DNA of 64,000 nt from Burkholderiales bacterium (GTDB taxonomy: Bacteria > Pseudomonadota > Gammaproteobacteria > Burkholderiales > SG8-39). The stretch is from assembly GCA_035310985.1 (NCBI GenBank), contig DATGDH010000037.1:37382-101381 (forward strand), given 5' to 3'. Both the position numbers and the translations under genes were made by a program. Position 1 is the first letter of the stretch. The number at the start of each line of letters is the position of its first letter. Positions 1 through 9,039 of this stretch are shown here, piece after piece. Under the pieces are notes generated by a model. That model did no database searches. It saw nothing but the letters and a program-made list of their open reading frames with translations, and was not told the DNA's origin.

Positions 1-158
1 CGGGAACCTACCTCGGCCTCGCTTCGGCAATGCCCGTGACCCCCGCGCTGGCGGCGGACATCGGCGCCTCGCTCTGCGCGCCGGTGTCGGACGGGGCGGC
101 GCAGGAGATCGCGGCGATCGCCGAGACGCAGCGGCGCAAGCTCTCTGAAGGCCGCTGA
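1..158 (+). CDS. 3' end of an unidentified CDS (partial, enters from window edge)
   Basis: The frame with codons at 3,6,9... is open from the window edge to TGA 156-158. It shows the strong G/C third-position bias of real genes here. No recognisable motif in the ~51 aa. Confidence 0.35.
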   Translation, partial: GTYLGLASAMPVTPALAADIGASLCAPVSDGAAQEIAAIAETQRRKLSEGR

Positions 159-175
159 AACCTGAAAGGACTGTC

Positions 176-529
176 ATGACGAAGAGATCATTTCGCATCC
201 GCCCGATGCTGATCGCAGCCGCAATTTCGCTTTCGAGCGCGCTCGCCATCGCGCAGGCGCAGCAACAGCAGCAGATCTACGGCAGCCAGCTCATGACCGA
301 GCAGGAGCGCAACGAGTACCGCGAGCGCATGCGCAACGCCGAGACCGAGCAGGAGCGTGAGCGGCTGCGGCTCGAGCACCACGAGCAGATGCAGGCGCGC
401 GCGCGCGAGCGCGGCGTCACCCTCCCCGACCAGCCGCCCGCGGGCGGAGGCTACGGGCCCGGTCAGGGCTACGGTCCCGGCTACGGCCCGGGCCCCGGTG
501 GCGGCGCTGGAGGCGGCCGCGGACGCTGA
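176..529 (+). CDS. small secreted protein, LTXXQ-like charged helix plus Gly/Pro/Tyr-rich tail (Spy/ZraP-like?)
   Basis: ATG start and signal peptide MLIAAAISLSSALAIAQA. Contains a QQQQQ run and a helix LMTEQERNEYRERMRNAETEQERERLRLEHHEQMQ. Tail is GGGYGPGQGYGPGYGPGPGGGAGGGRGR. Confidence 0.55.
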   Translation: MTKRSFRIRPMLIAAAISLSSALAIAQAQQQQQIYGSQLMTEQERNEYRERMRNAETEQERERLRLEHHEQMQARARERGVTLPDQPPAGGGYGPGQGYGPGYGPGPGGGAGGGRGR

Positions 530-543
530 GCCGGCGCGCTAGA

Positions 544-577
544 CTCCGTGCCTGCCGGAAGCTTCCGGCGCACGGAG
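544..577 (+). terminator. long imperfect palindrome/hairpin between the small secreted-protein gene and the LOG gene
   Basis: ctccgtgc...gcacggag outer stem enclosing gccggaagcttccggc. It starts 15 nt after the stop at 529 and ends 7 nt before ATG 585. No T-run follows, so it could be an attenuator or stabiliser rather than a terminator. Confidence 0.3.
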
Positions 578-584
578 ACACGCG

Positions 585-1400
585 ATGAAGGACAAGCCGC
601 GCCGGCCGGTCAAGGCCTACACCAACCGTTTCTTCCTGAAGAGCAAGGATGCGCGCGCGCTGCGCATCCTCGCCGAGTACCTCGAGCCGCTCAGCCGCTT
701 CGAGCATCACCGCGTCGACGACACCATCGTGTTCATGGGCTCGGCGCGCATCAAGCCACGCGCGCAGGCGGAGGCGGCGCTGCGCCAGGCGCAGCTCGGC
801 GAAGGCGACCCGGAGCGCGCGCGCGCGGAGCTGGAGATGTCGCAGTACTACGAGGCGGCACGCGATCTCGCGTTCCGCCTCACCGAGTGGTCGAAGGCGC
901 TCGACTCGCGCGAGCGCCGCTTCGTGGTGTGCACCGGCGGCGGCCCCGGCATCATGGAGGCCGCCAACCGCGGCGCGGCCGAGGCGCGCGGCATCAACGT
1001 CGGGCTCACGATCTCGATCCCGGTCGAGGAGTTCGACAACCCTTACGTCACGCGCGAGCTGGCGTTCCACTTCCACTACTTCTTCATGAGGAAGTTCTGG
1101 TTCGCCTACCTCGCGAAGGCGGTGATCGTGTTCCCGGGCGGCTTCGGGACGCTCGACGAGCTGTTCGAGCTGCTGACGCTTGTGCAGACGAAGAAGATGA
1201 CCAAGCCGATGCCGATCGTCCTGTTCGGCACGAAGTTCTGGCGCCAGGTGATCGACTTCGACGCGCTGGTGCGCAACGGCACGATCAGCGCGCCGGACGT
1301 CGACCTCGTTTACCGCACCGATTCGGTGGACGAGGCCTTCGCGTGGATCACCGGGCGGCTCGGCGAATTCGCGCTCGACCGGCCGGGGGCGATGCTCTGA
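585..1400 (+). CDS. LOG family / TIGR00730-type nucleotide-binding protein (lysine-decarboxylase-like)
   Basis: Motifs VVCTGGGPGIMEAANRGA and VFPGGFGTLDELFELLT (PGGxGTxxE). Confidence 0.8.
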   Translation: MKDKPRRPVKAYTNRFFLKSKDARALRILAEYLEPLSRFEHHRVDDTIVFMGSARIKPRAQAEAALRQAQLGEGDPERARAELEMSQYYEAARDLAFRLTEWSKALDSRERRFVVCTGGGPGIMEAANRGAAEARGINVGLTISIPVEEFDNPYVTRELAFHFHYFFMRKFWFAYLAKAVIVFPGGFGTLDELFELLTLVQTKKMTKPMPIVLFGTKFWRQVIDFDALVRNGTISAPDVDLVYRTDSVDEAFAWITGRLGEFALDRPGAML

Positions 1401-1404
1401 TCGG

Positions 1405-1869
1405 CTAGGCGCGCGCCCTCGCCTTTGCGCGGCCGCGCACCAGCAGCACCGGGACCGGCGTCTCGCGCAGAACCCGCTCGGCGTCGCTGCCCATGACCAG
1501 GCGCCTCACCCCGCGGCGGCCGTGGGTTCCCATGACGATCAGATCCGCCTTCCACTTCTTCGCCTCGCGCACGATCGCGTCGGCTGCCGGGCCGGCGATG
1601 GTTTCGACGAGCACGGTGCGCGCCTGGATGCCGCTCTTGCGCGCGAGCGCGGCGGATTTCGCCAGGATCTTGCGGCCCGCCTCGCGCAGGGATGCGAACA
1701 CTTCGTCGGGCAGCACCATGCCTTCGGCGGCCGCCGCAACGAACAGCTCGTCGACCGCGTGGAACAGGCAGAGCTTGGCGCGGTGCTGCTTCGCCAGCCG
1801 CAGCGCCTCCTTCAGCCCGAGGGTCGAGGTGCTGCTGCCGTCTACCGGAACGAAGATGCGCTTGTACAT
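1405..1869 (-). CDS. universal stress protein UspA family
   Basis: 154 aa. N-terminus MYKRIFVPVDGS. C-terminal ATP-binding motif LIVMGTHGRRGVRRLVMGSDAERV. Confidence 0.85.
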   Translation of the reverse strand: MYKRIFVPVDGSSTSTLGLKEALRLAKQHRAKLCLFHAVDELFVAAAAEGMVLPDEVFASLREAGRKILAKSAALARKSGIQARTVLVETIAGPAADAIVREAKKWKADLIVMGTHGRRGVRRLVMGSDAERVLRETPVPVLLVRGRAKARARA

Positions 1870-1941
1870 TTTGTCCCCCTTGTTTGGCCGCTGAGATTCT
1901 CCCTCGGAAGGCGGTACTTGTCTCTGTTCGGTTCGATGCCG

Positions 1942-2481
1942 TCAACGTGCCGCGACGAAAGGGTAGCGCTTGCGTAGCGCGCGCGGCAGCAGCGCCACGC
2001 CGCACTCGCTGCCGACCGTCTCGGCGACCAGCACGTAGTCCGGGTCGTGAAAGCTCGTATGCAGCGCGATGCCGCGCGCTTCGGCCAGCGAGTACAGGTG
2101 GTCGGCCACCTCGCGCTCGATGCGGCCGCTCGGAAGCGTCTCCGCCAGGCCGCGACGCTCGAGACGCAGATGGAAGCTTCCCGCCTCCATCCGAGCGGCG
2201 AGCGGCGCGAGCGCGGCCTCGAGTTGCGCGACGAAGGTCTCGGGCGTGAAAAAGAACGTCTGCTGAACGGGAATAGCACGCGCCACCGCGAGCGCCCAGC
2301 GTTCGCCGCCCCCCTTGGCCGCGAGCAGCGCCTCCAGGAAGACGCGGGCATCCTCGACCCGGCCAAGGCACACGTCGCGGAAGGCGCTAGGGCGGAACTC
2401 GCCCAACCGCCGCAGCCCTTCGAGCGCGGCGAGAAAGCGCGGCCTGCCCGGCAGCGTGGTGACGACGACGTTCCACTGCAC
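1942..2481 (-). CDS. hypothetical protein, possibly stand-alone THUMP-like domain
   Basis: 179-aa ORF with good codon bias. The pattern FHLRLERRG...IEREVADHL...DPDYVLVAETVGSECGVAL resembles a THUMP/ferredoxin-like fold. This is a weak assignment by eye. Confidence 0.45.
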   Translation of the reverse strand: MQWNVVVTTLPGRPRFLAALEGLRRLGEFRPSAFRDVCLGRVEDARVFLEALLAAKGGGERWALAVARAIPVQQTFFFTPETFVAQLEAALAPLAARMEAGSFHLRLERRGLAETLPSGRIEREVADHLYSLAEARGIALHTSFHDPDYVLVAETVGSECGVALLPRALRKRYPFVAAR

Positions 2482-2499
2482 GGCGCTGCCGGCGGCGGA

Positions 2500-3009
2500 T
2501 CAGGGAAACGCAGGCACCCTCGGCTCGGTCCCCTCGGGATGCGCCTCGGGGTGAGTCCTCTTGATGCGCGCGGTGATCTCCTCGACGCGATCGCGCGGCA
2601 CGTCGACGATCACCAGCAGCTCGCCACGCTCGATCGCCTCCTGAAACCCCGTGAGGCGCGTGTTGCCGACGTTCAGGCCGACCATCCCCCCGAGCCAGAC
2701 GCCGACGCCGACGCCGGCGAGCGAGCTGGCGAGCAGCACCGCCCCGCCCGCGACCACCAGGTGCGGCTCGAGCGCCAGCGCCGCCAGCCCGCACAGGATC
2801 CCCGTGCCGCCGCCCATCGGCACCGCGCGCAGCATTGCGGGAATGATGTCGCTTTTCTGCCAGAACGAGGCTTCGGGCAGATCTTCGAGCGGCGTGCCGC
2901 GCTTGGCGAGCACGTGGATGTGCTTCCATTCGATGTGGGCGAGCAGCAGCTCGTCGACCACTTTCTTGCCGGTCGCAACCTCGGGCACCATGAAATAGAG
3001 TCTGCGCAC
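2500..3009 (-). CDS. membrane protein (DUF1269-like), Gly-rich TM helices plus C-terminal soluble domain
   Basis: 169 aa. Hydrophobic Gly-zipper stretch GGGTGILCGLAALAL...LLASSLAGVGVGVWLGGMVGL. Lies 18 nt upstream of the THUMP-like gene on the same strand. Confidence 0.55.
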   Translation of the reverse strand: MRRLYFMVPEVATGKKVVDELLLAHIEWKHIHVLAKRGTPLEDLPEASFWQKSDIIPAMLRAVPMGGGTGILCGLAALALEPHLVVAGGAVLLASSLAGVGVGVWLGGMVGLNVGNTRLTGFQEAIERGELLVIVDVPRDRVEEITARIKRTHPEAHPEGTEPRVPAFP

Positions 3010-3097
3010 GTGGCCCTCCTTTGTCGCATTGACGCCGCGCCGATTGTCCCACTGGCCCGAACGCGGCCTTTGAGCCCGGTCAAAGATGCGCGTTCTT

Positions 3098-4762
3098 CTA
3101 GGCCACCAGCGCCTTGTAGCGGATGCGGTGCGGCTTATCGGCGTCCTCGCCGGCGCGCTTGCGCCAGTCCTCGATGTAGTCGGCGAAGTTGCCCTCGAAC
3201 CACACCGCCTTGCTGTCGCCCTCGAAGGCGAGGATGTGCGTCGCGACGCGGTCGAGGAACCAGCGGTCGTGCGAGATGACGACCGCGCAGCCGGGAAAGT
3301 CGAGCAGCGCCTGCTCGAGTGCGCGCAGCGTCTCGACGTCTAGGTCGTTGGTCGGCTCGTCGAGCAACAGCACGTTGCCGCCGCTCTTCAGGAGCTTGGC
3401 GAGGTGCACGCGGTTCCGTTCCCCGCCGGAGAGCTCGCCGACGCGCTTCTGCTGGTCGGCGCCGCGGAAGTTGAAGCGCGCCACGTAGCCGCGGCTCGGC
3501 GTCGAGTAGCCGCCGACCTGGATATTGTCGGCGCCGTCGGAGATCTCCTCCCACACGGTCTTGTTCGCATCCAGGCTGTCGCGGCTCTGGTCGACGTAGG
3601 CGAACTTCACCGACTCGCCGAGCTTCAGCGTGCCGGCGTCGTGCTTCTCCTGGCCTACGAGCATGCGGAACAGCGTCGTCTTGCCGGCGCCGTTCGGCCC
3701 GATCACCCCGACGATGCCGCCCGGCGGCAGGCGGAACGACAGGTTTTCGAACAGCAATCTGTCGCCGAAGGATTTCTTCAGCCCTTCCGCTTCGACCACC
3801 AGGCTGCCGAGCGGCGGGCCGGGCGGGATGTAGATCTCGTTCGTTTCGTTCCGCTTCTGGAACTCCTGCGAGGACAGCTCCTCGAACTTGGCGAGCCGAG
3901 CCTTGGACTTCGCCTGTCGCGCTTTGGGATTGGAGCGCACCCACTCCAGTTCCTCCTGCATCGACTTGATGCGCGCCGCTTCCTGCTTGGCCTCGACTTC
4001 GAGGCGCCGCTCCTTCTGCTCGAGCCACGACGAGTAGTTTCCCTCCCAGGGAATGCCGAAGCCGCGGTCTAGCTCGAGGATCCAGCCCGCGACGTTGTCG
4101 AGGAAATAGCGGTCGTGCGTCACTGCGACCACGGTGCCCGGGAAGCGCTCCAGGTACTGCTCCAGCCAGCGCACGGAGAGCGCGTCAAGGTGGTTGGTCG
4201 GCTCGTCCAGCAGCAGCATGTCGGGCTCCGAAAGGAGCAGCCGGCACAGCGCCACGCGGCGCCGCTCGCCGCCCGAGATCTTGCTGACGTCGGCGTCCCA
4301 GGGCGGCAGACGCAGCGCGTCGGCGGCGACCTCGAGACGGCGCTCGACGTCGGCGCCGCCGGCGTTCACCTCCGCCTCGAGCTTCGCCTGCTCCTCGGCG
4401 AGCTTCTCGAAGTCTGCATCGGGCTCGGAGTACGCGGCGTAGACCTCCTGCAGGCGCTTCATCGCCGCGAGCGTCGCGCCGAGCCCCTCCTCGACGTTGC
4501 CGCGCACGTTCTTCGCCGGATCGAGGCGCGGCTCCTGCGGCAGGAAGCCGATGCGCAGGTTCGGCATCGGGATCGCCTCGCCGTCGAAATCCTTGTCCTC
4601 GCCCGCCATGATGCGCAGCAACGTCGACTTGCCCGAGCCGTTCAGGCCGAGCACGCCGATCTTTGCCCCAGGGAAGAAATTCAATGAAATGTTCTTGATG
4701 ATCGTACGCTTCGGGGGCACGGTCTTGCTCACCCGGCGCATGGTGTAGACGTATTGGGCCAT
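3098..4762 (-). CDS. ettA: energy-dependent translational throttle protein EttA (ABC-F ATPase)
   Basis: 554 aa. N-terminus MAQYVYTMRRVSKTVPPKR...GVLGLNGSGKSTLLRIMAG. Two Walker A motifs and two LSGGERRR/LSGGERNR signature motifs. Confidence 0.95.
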   Translation of the reverse strand: MAQYVYTMRRVSKTVPPKRTIIKNISLNFFPGAKIGVLGLNGSGKSTLLRIMAGEDKDFDGEAIPMPNLRIGFLPQEPRLDPAKNVRGNVEEGLGATLAAMKRLQEVYAAYSEPDADFEKLAEEQAKLEAEVNAGGADVERRLEVAADALRLPPWDADVSKISGGERRRVALCRLLLSEPDMLLLDEPTNHLDALSVRWLEQYLERFPGTVVAVTHDRYFLDNVAGWILELDRGFGIPWEGNYSSWLEQKERRLEVEAKQEAARIKSMQEELEWVRSNPKARQAKSKARLAKFEELSSQEFQKRNETNEIYIPPGPPLGSLVVEAEGLKKSFGDRLLFENLSFRLPPGGIVGVIGPNGAGKTTLFRMLVGQEKHDAGTLKLGESVKFAYVDQSRDSLDANKTVWEEISDGADNIQVGGYSTPSRGYVARFNFRGADQQKRVGELSGGERNRVHLAKLLKSGGNVLLLDEPTNDLDVETLRALEQALLDFPGCAVVISHDRWFLDRVATHILAFEGDSKAVWFEGNFADYIEDWRKRAGEDADKPHRIRYKALVA

Positions 4763-4826
4763 CGAATTCCAGATTCAGGTTTTGGTCCGGGCCGCGATTA
4801 AAGGATAATCACGCTCCCCCGGGGGG

Positions 4827-5465
4827 TTGCGAGTGTACAGCGTCAAGGAGATTTTCTATACATTGCAGGGCGAAGGCGCAAACGCCGGCACGCCGGCGGT
4901 GTTCTGCCGCTTCGCCGGCTGCAATTTGTGGTCCGGGCGCGAGGCAGACCGCGCAAGTGCGGTCTGCCGCTTCTGCGACACCGACTTCGTCGGCACCGAT
5001 GCGCCGGGCGGCGGGCGCTTCGCGAGCGCGGCGGCGCTTGCGCAGGCGGTCGAGGACGCATGGCCCTCGCGCGAGCGCCGGGGACGCCTGGTCGTCTGCA
5101 CCGGGGGCGAGCCGCTGCTGCAGCTGGACGACGCGCTCGTGGCGGCGCTGCACGCGCGCGGCTTCCGCATAGCGCTCGAAACGAACGGCACGCTGCCCGC
5201 GCCGCAGGGCATCGACTGGGTGTGCGTGAGCCCGAAGGCGGGCGCGCCGCTCGCGCTCGCGCGCGGCGACGAGCTGAAGCTCGTCTATCCGCAACCGGGC
5301 GCCGAGCCGGAACGCTACGCGCAGCTCGAGTTCGGGCACTTCTTCCTGCAGCCGATGGACGGCCCCGCGCGCACGCAGAACACCGCCGCCGCGGTCGCGT
5401 ACTGCCTCGCGCATCCCGGCTGGCGCCTGAGCCTGCAGACGCACAAGGTCCTGGGAATACGCTGA
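4827..5465 (+). CDS. queE: 7-carboxy-7-deazaguanine synthase QueE (radical SAM)
   Basis: EIFYTLQGEGANAGTPAVFCRFAGCNLWSG...CRFCDTDF. TTG start at 4827; the start choice is uncertain by a few codons. Confidence 0.85.
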   Translation: MRVYSVKEIFYTLQGEGANAGTPAVFCRFAGCNLWSGREADRASAVCRFCDTDFVGTDAPGGGRFASAAALAQAVEDAWPSRERRGRLVVCTGGEPLLQLDDALVAALHARGFRIALETNGTLPAPQGIDWVCVSPKAGAPLALARGDELKLVYPQPGAEPERYAQLEFGHFFLQPMDGPARTQNTAAAVAYCLAHPGWRLSLQTHKVLGIR

Positions 5466-5472
5466 GTCCGTA

Positions 5473-5838
5473 ATGGAAATCGCCTACCGCTTCGGCTTCG
5501 ACGCCGCGCATCGCTTCGAGCACTATCCTGCCGGCCATCCGCACGGCGCGCTGCACGGGCACTCCTTCGAGGTCGAGGTCGCGCTGCGCGGCGAGCCGGA
5601 TCCGGCCACCGGCTTCGTCGCCGATTTCGCCGACCTCGAGCGCGCCTGCGCCGAGCTGCGCGTCTCGCTCGACCACCGCCTCCTGAACGAGGTGCAGGGG
5701 CTCGCGCAGCCGAGCCTGGAACGGCTCAGCGTGTGGATCTGGCAGCGGCTCGCGCCGCGCTTCGCGTCGCTCGCGCAGGTAACGGTGAGCCGCGCCTCGC
5801 GCGGCCAGCGCTGCACGTATACTGGACCGGGAGACTGA
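5473..5838 (+). CDS. queD: 6-carboxy-5,6,7,8-tetrahydropterin synthase QueD
   Basis: 121 aa. Motifs FDAAHRF...[15 protein letters not shown] and LDHRLLNE. Lies immediately after queE. Confidence 0.85.
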   Translation: MEIAYRFGFDAAHRFEHYPAGHPHGALHGHSFEVEVALRGEPDPATGFVADFADLERACAELRVSLDHRLLNEVQGLAQPSLERLSVWIWQRLAPRFASLAQVTVSRASRGQRCTYTGPGD

Positions 5839-5840
5839 AC

Positions 5841-7505
5841 ATGGCATTCGTGCAGGCCGCGCCTCGGCTCGGCAACCAGTACGACGACGACCGCGTGCTG
5901 CGCGGCTACCTCGAGCGCACGCTCGCGCCGCAGCAGCTGGAAGCGTCGCGCGCGCAGCTCGCGCGCATGGGCGGGCTCGCCGGCGGCGAGCTGTACGCGC
6001 AGCAGCTTGCCGAGCGGGACCTGGAGCCGCAGCTGGTGCAGTGGGACGCCTGGGGCGGGCGCGTCGATCGCATCGAGCTCACGCCCCTGTGGCAGCGCGC
6101 CGAGGAGATCGCGGCGCGCGAGGGGCTGATCGCGCTGCCGCACGAGGCGCCGCTCGGCGCGCTCTCGCGGGTGCTGCAGTTCGCGCTCGTGTACCTGTTC
6201 ACGCCTTCGACCGACGTGTACGCCTGCCCGCTCGCAATGACAGACGGCGCGGCGCGCACCATCGCGGCGTCGGGCAGCCGCGAGCTCGCCGAGCGCGCGC
6301 TGCCGCACCTCGTGAGCCGCGACCCGGCGCGGTTCTGGACCAGCGGCCAGTGGATGACCGAGGCGATCGGAGGCTCGGACGTCGGGCTCGCCGAGGCCGA
6401 GGCGCGCTTCGCCCCGGGCGAGGGCTGGCGACTGTACGGGCGCAAATGGTTCACTTCGGCGATCGCCTCGCAGATGGCGCTCACGCTCGCGCGCCCCGCG
6501 GGCAACGCGCCGGGCGGCAAGGGGCTCGCGCTCTTCTACCTCGAAACGCGCGACGCCGAGGGACGCCCGAACCGCCTCACGGTGGACCGGCTCAAGGACA
6601 AGCTCGGCACGCGCAAGGTGCCGACCGCGGAGCTGACGCTCGAGGGCACGCCGGCGATCCCGGTCGGCGAGCTCGCGAACGGCGTGCGCGCGATCAGCAC
6701 GGTGCTGAACATCACGCGCGTATGGAACGCCGTCTCGGCTGTGTCGTACATGCGCCGCGGGCTGGCGCTCGCGCGCGCCTACGCGCGAGAGCGCGTCGCC
6801 TTCGGCGCCCCACTCGCCAGGAAGCCGCTGCACGTCGACACGCTCGCCGGCCTGCAGGCGGAGTTCGAGGCGGGCTTCCAGCTCGCGTTCTTCGCCGTCG
6901 AGCTGCTCGGACGCACCGAGCAGGGCGCGGCGAGCGAAGAGCAGCAGGCACTCGCCCGCATGCTCACCCCGGTGGCGAAGCTCCTCACCGGGCGCCAGTC
7001 GGTCGCGGTGCTCTCGGAGGTGCTGGAGGCGTTCGGCGGCGCCGGTTACGTGGAAGACACCGGGTTGCCGATGCTGCTACGCGACGCGCAGGTATTCCCG
7101 ATCTGGGAGGGCACCACCAACGTGCTCGCGCTCGATGCGCTGCGCGCGATCGCGCCGACGGGCCTCGCGCCGTGGCTGCGCGAGCTCGGCCTGCTGCTGG
7201 GCACGGTGCGCGACAAGGAGATGGTCGCGCTCTCGGCGCGCCTGCAGGCGGCCGCCGAGGCGGCCGACGGATGGCTCAAAGGCCACGCCGGGCGCGACGA
7301 GGCGGCGCTCGAGGCCGGCGCGCGCCGCTTCGCGCTCACGCTCGGGCGCGTGACCGCCGCGGCGCTGCTCGCGCGCCAGGCGCAATGGTCGCTCGAGCAC
7401 CGCCGGGATCCCGCGCCGCGCGCCGCGGCGCTGCGCTTCGCCGCCGCCGGCGTGAACCTGCTGCAGGATCACGATCCCGAGCTCTCGAGGCTATTGTCCG
7501 CCTGA
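5841..7505 (+). CDS. acyl-CoA dehydrogenase family protein, AidB-like
   Basis: ATG 5841 lies 2 nt after the queD stop and is in frame with track ORF 5733..7505. The upstream extension overlaps queD and is rejected. Motifs [17 protein letters not shown] and [10 protein letters not shown]. Confidence 0.75.
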   Translation: MAFVQAAPRLGNQYDDDRVLRGYLERTLAPQQLEASRAQLARMGGLAGGELYAQQLAERDLEPQLVQWDAWGGRVDRIELTPLWQRAEEIAAREGLIALPHEAPLGALSRVLQFALVYLFTPSTDVYACPLAMTDGAARTIAASGSRELAERALPHLVSRDPARFWTSGQWMTEAIGGSDVGLAEAEARFAPGEGWRLYGRKWFTSAIASQMALTLARPAGNAPGGKGLALFYLETRDAEGRPNRLTVDRLKDKLGTRKVPTAELTLEGTPAIPVGELANGVRAISTVLNITRVWNAVSAVSYMRRGLALARAYARERVAFGAPLARKPLHVDTLAGLQAEFEAGFQLAFFAVELLGRTEQGAASEEQQALARMLTPVAKLLTGRQSVAVLSEVLEAFGGAGYVEDTGLPMLLRDAQVFPIWEGTTNVLALDALRAIAPTGLAPWLRELGLLLGTVRDKEMVALSARLQAAAEAADGWLKGHAGRDEAALEAGARRFALTLGRVTAAALLARQAQWSLEHRRDPAPRAAALRFAAAGVNLLQDHDPELSRLLSA

Positions 7506-7679
7506 ACGCGGGCGCATCAGGATGCCGATTCCGATCGCAAGCGGAATCAGCGGCCACAGCTTCCAGAGCTGGTGCAGCGTCTGCCGGTCGATCAGCCCGA
7601 AGTTCGCCAGCAGCCCGACGACGCCCACCAGGATCAGCACGATCGCCCCGAAACGCCCGCCCCGCCCGTGTCTGCTCAT
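7491..7679 (-). CDS. small 2-TM membrane protein (62 aa)
   Basis: [29 protein letters not shown]...[14 protein letters not shown]. Its ATG overlaps the panE stop as ATGA (7676-7679). Confidence 0.5.
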   Translation of the reverse strand: MSRHGRGGRFGAIVLILVGVVGLLANFGLIDRQTLHQLWKLWPLIPLAIGIGILMRPRSGGQ

Positions 7680-8611
7680 GATGGATTTCCTTTCGTCTCG
7701 ATCAACTTGACCAGCGCGAAGAGCACGCGATTTGCCGGCACCGGCACGCCGAGCGCGTCGCCGCGGCGCACGACGAAGCCGTTCAGGTGGTCGATCTCGG
7801 TCGGCCGGCCGCGCTGCAGGTCCTGCGCAGTCGACGAGTACTGCGTGGGCATCCACTCGGCGATGCGGTAGACGTTGTCGGGCAGCTCGGGCGCAGTGCG
7901 CACGCCGGTCGCCCGCGCCACCGCGAGCGTCTCGGCGACGACGTCGCGCATCACCTCGCGCACGCCGGTCCCGCCGATCATGCGGCCGTACGGGAGCTGC
8001 GAGATCGCGGAGATCGCGTTGTAGGCGCAGTTCACCACCAGCTTGCCCCACAGCTCGCCTGCGACGTTGTCCGAGATCGTGACCTTGACGCCGGCCTCGC
8101 CGAACCAGCGTTGCACGCGCTCGAGGTCCGCTTGCGGGACCGGCGCCGCCTCGAGCGCGCCGATCACCAGCTCGCCGCGGCCGTGGTGCTTCAGATGCCC
8201 GGGCCCCGCCATCTCGGTCGCCACGTACACCACCGCCGGGATCACCGGCCGCTTGATGACCGCCTCGATGCGCTCGGCGTTGTCGACGCCGTTCTGCAGG
8301 TTGGCGACGATCGCGTCGCGCTCGAGAAACGGCGCGATCTCGGCCGCGGCGCGCTCCGAGTCGGAAGACTTGACGCATACCAGCACCAGCCGCGCGCCAC
8401 GCACCGCGTCGGCCTGCGTGCTCGCGTCCAGGCGGATGCGCGCGTCGAACTCCTTGCCCTCGAAGCGCAGGCCTTCCTCGCGGATCGCCTTGACGTGCGC
8501 CGGCCGGCCGATCAGCGTCACGCGGTGTCCGGCGCGCGCGAGCATCGCGCCGTAGAAGCAGCCCACGGCGCCCGCGCCCAGCACAGCGACGCGCTGCGGT
8601 TCGCTGGTCAT
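7676..8611 (-). CDS. panE: 2-dehydropantoate 2-reductase (PanE/ApbA family)
   Basis: Start at MTSEPQRVAVLGAGAVGCFYG (Rossmann GxGxxG), in frame within track ORF 7676..8806. Motifs VCVKS, ISDNVAGELWGKLVVNCAYN and STAQDLQRGRPTEIDHLNG. Confidence 0.85.
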   Translation of the reverse strand: MTSEPQRVAVLGAGAVGCFYGAMLARAGHRVTLIGRPAHVKAIREEGLRFEGKEFDARIRLDASTQADAVRGARLVLVCVKSSDSERAAAEIAPFLERDAIVANLQNGVDNAERIEAVIKRPVIPAVVYVATEMAGPGHLKHHGRGELVIGALEAAPVPQADLERVQRWFGEAGVKVTISDNVAGELWGKLVVNCAYNAISAISQLPYGRMIGGTGVREVMRDVVAETLAVARATGVRTAPELPDNVYRIAEWMPTQYSSTAQDLQRGRPTEIDHLNGFVVRRGDALGVPVPANRVLFALVKLIETKGNPS

Positions 8612-8627
8612 CGCCCGCCGGCCCGGC

Positions 8628-8939
8628 CTACCTGCCGCCGCGACGTCTCGGCTTCTTGAAGGGTCGTCCGCCCGCGCGCTGGCCTCCGGGCGGCTGCTGT
8701 GGCCGGCCGGGCTCCTGCCGCCGCCCGCCGTTGCCCTGCGGCGCGGACGCGCGGTTGCCCGGCGCAAGGTCGATCTCGAGCTCGATGATCTCGTCCCACA
8801 CGGCATCGCTGCGGTCGCGCTCGGGGATCGCGAGCAGCTCGCGCAGGCGCCTGCGCGGGTCCGGCTGCGCCGGCTGCGCCGGCTGCTCGGCGCTTGGCGC
8901 CGGGTCCGGCTGTTCGGAGTCGGGTTGCTCTGTATTCAT
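8628..8939 (-). CDS. hypothetical Pro/Gln-rich protein with basic tail
   Basis: 103 aa with a conserved-looking core RLRELLAIPERDRSDAVWDEIIELEIDLAPGN. C-terminus is GGRPFKKPRRRGGR. It ends 16 nt upstream of the panE start. Confidence 0.45.
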   Translation of the reverse strand: MNTEQPDSEQPDPAPSAEQPAQPAQPDPRRRLRELLAIPERDRSDAVWDEIIELEIDLAPGNRASAPQGNGGRRQEPGRPQQPPGGQRAGGRPFKKPRRRGGR

Positions 8940-9039
8940 GCGCGCATTATCGCCTGAAAGCGGGCGCCGGGTTGATTTCGATCAAGCCCCGCTGTCGGCG
9001 CAGCGGCAAGATTCGCTGACTTCCTAAAGGAGGACGAAC

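Noticed and set aside
4763-4826. Possible preQ1 riboswitch or attenuator upstream of queE (cccccgggggg palindrome)
   Set aside because: I could not find the preQ1-I/II hallmark, a short stem followed by an A-rich tail with conserved loop residues. The C5/G6 run more simply provides the purine-rich ribosome-binding region for a TTG/GTG start.
5733-5840. N-terminal extension of the AidB-like ORF overlapping queD
   Set aside because: The extension overlaps queD in another frame and encodes junk-like Arg/Ala sequence. ATG 5841, 2 nt after the queD stop, gives a family-typical N-terminus.
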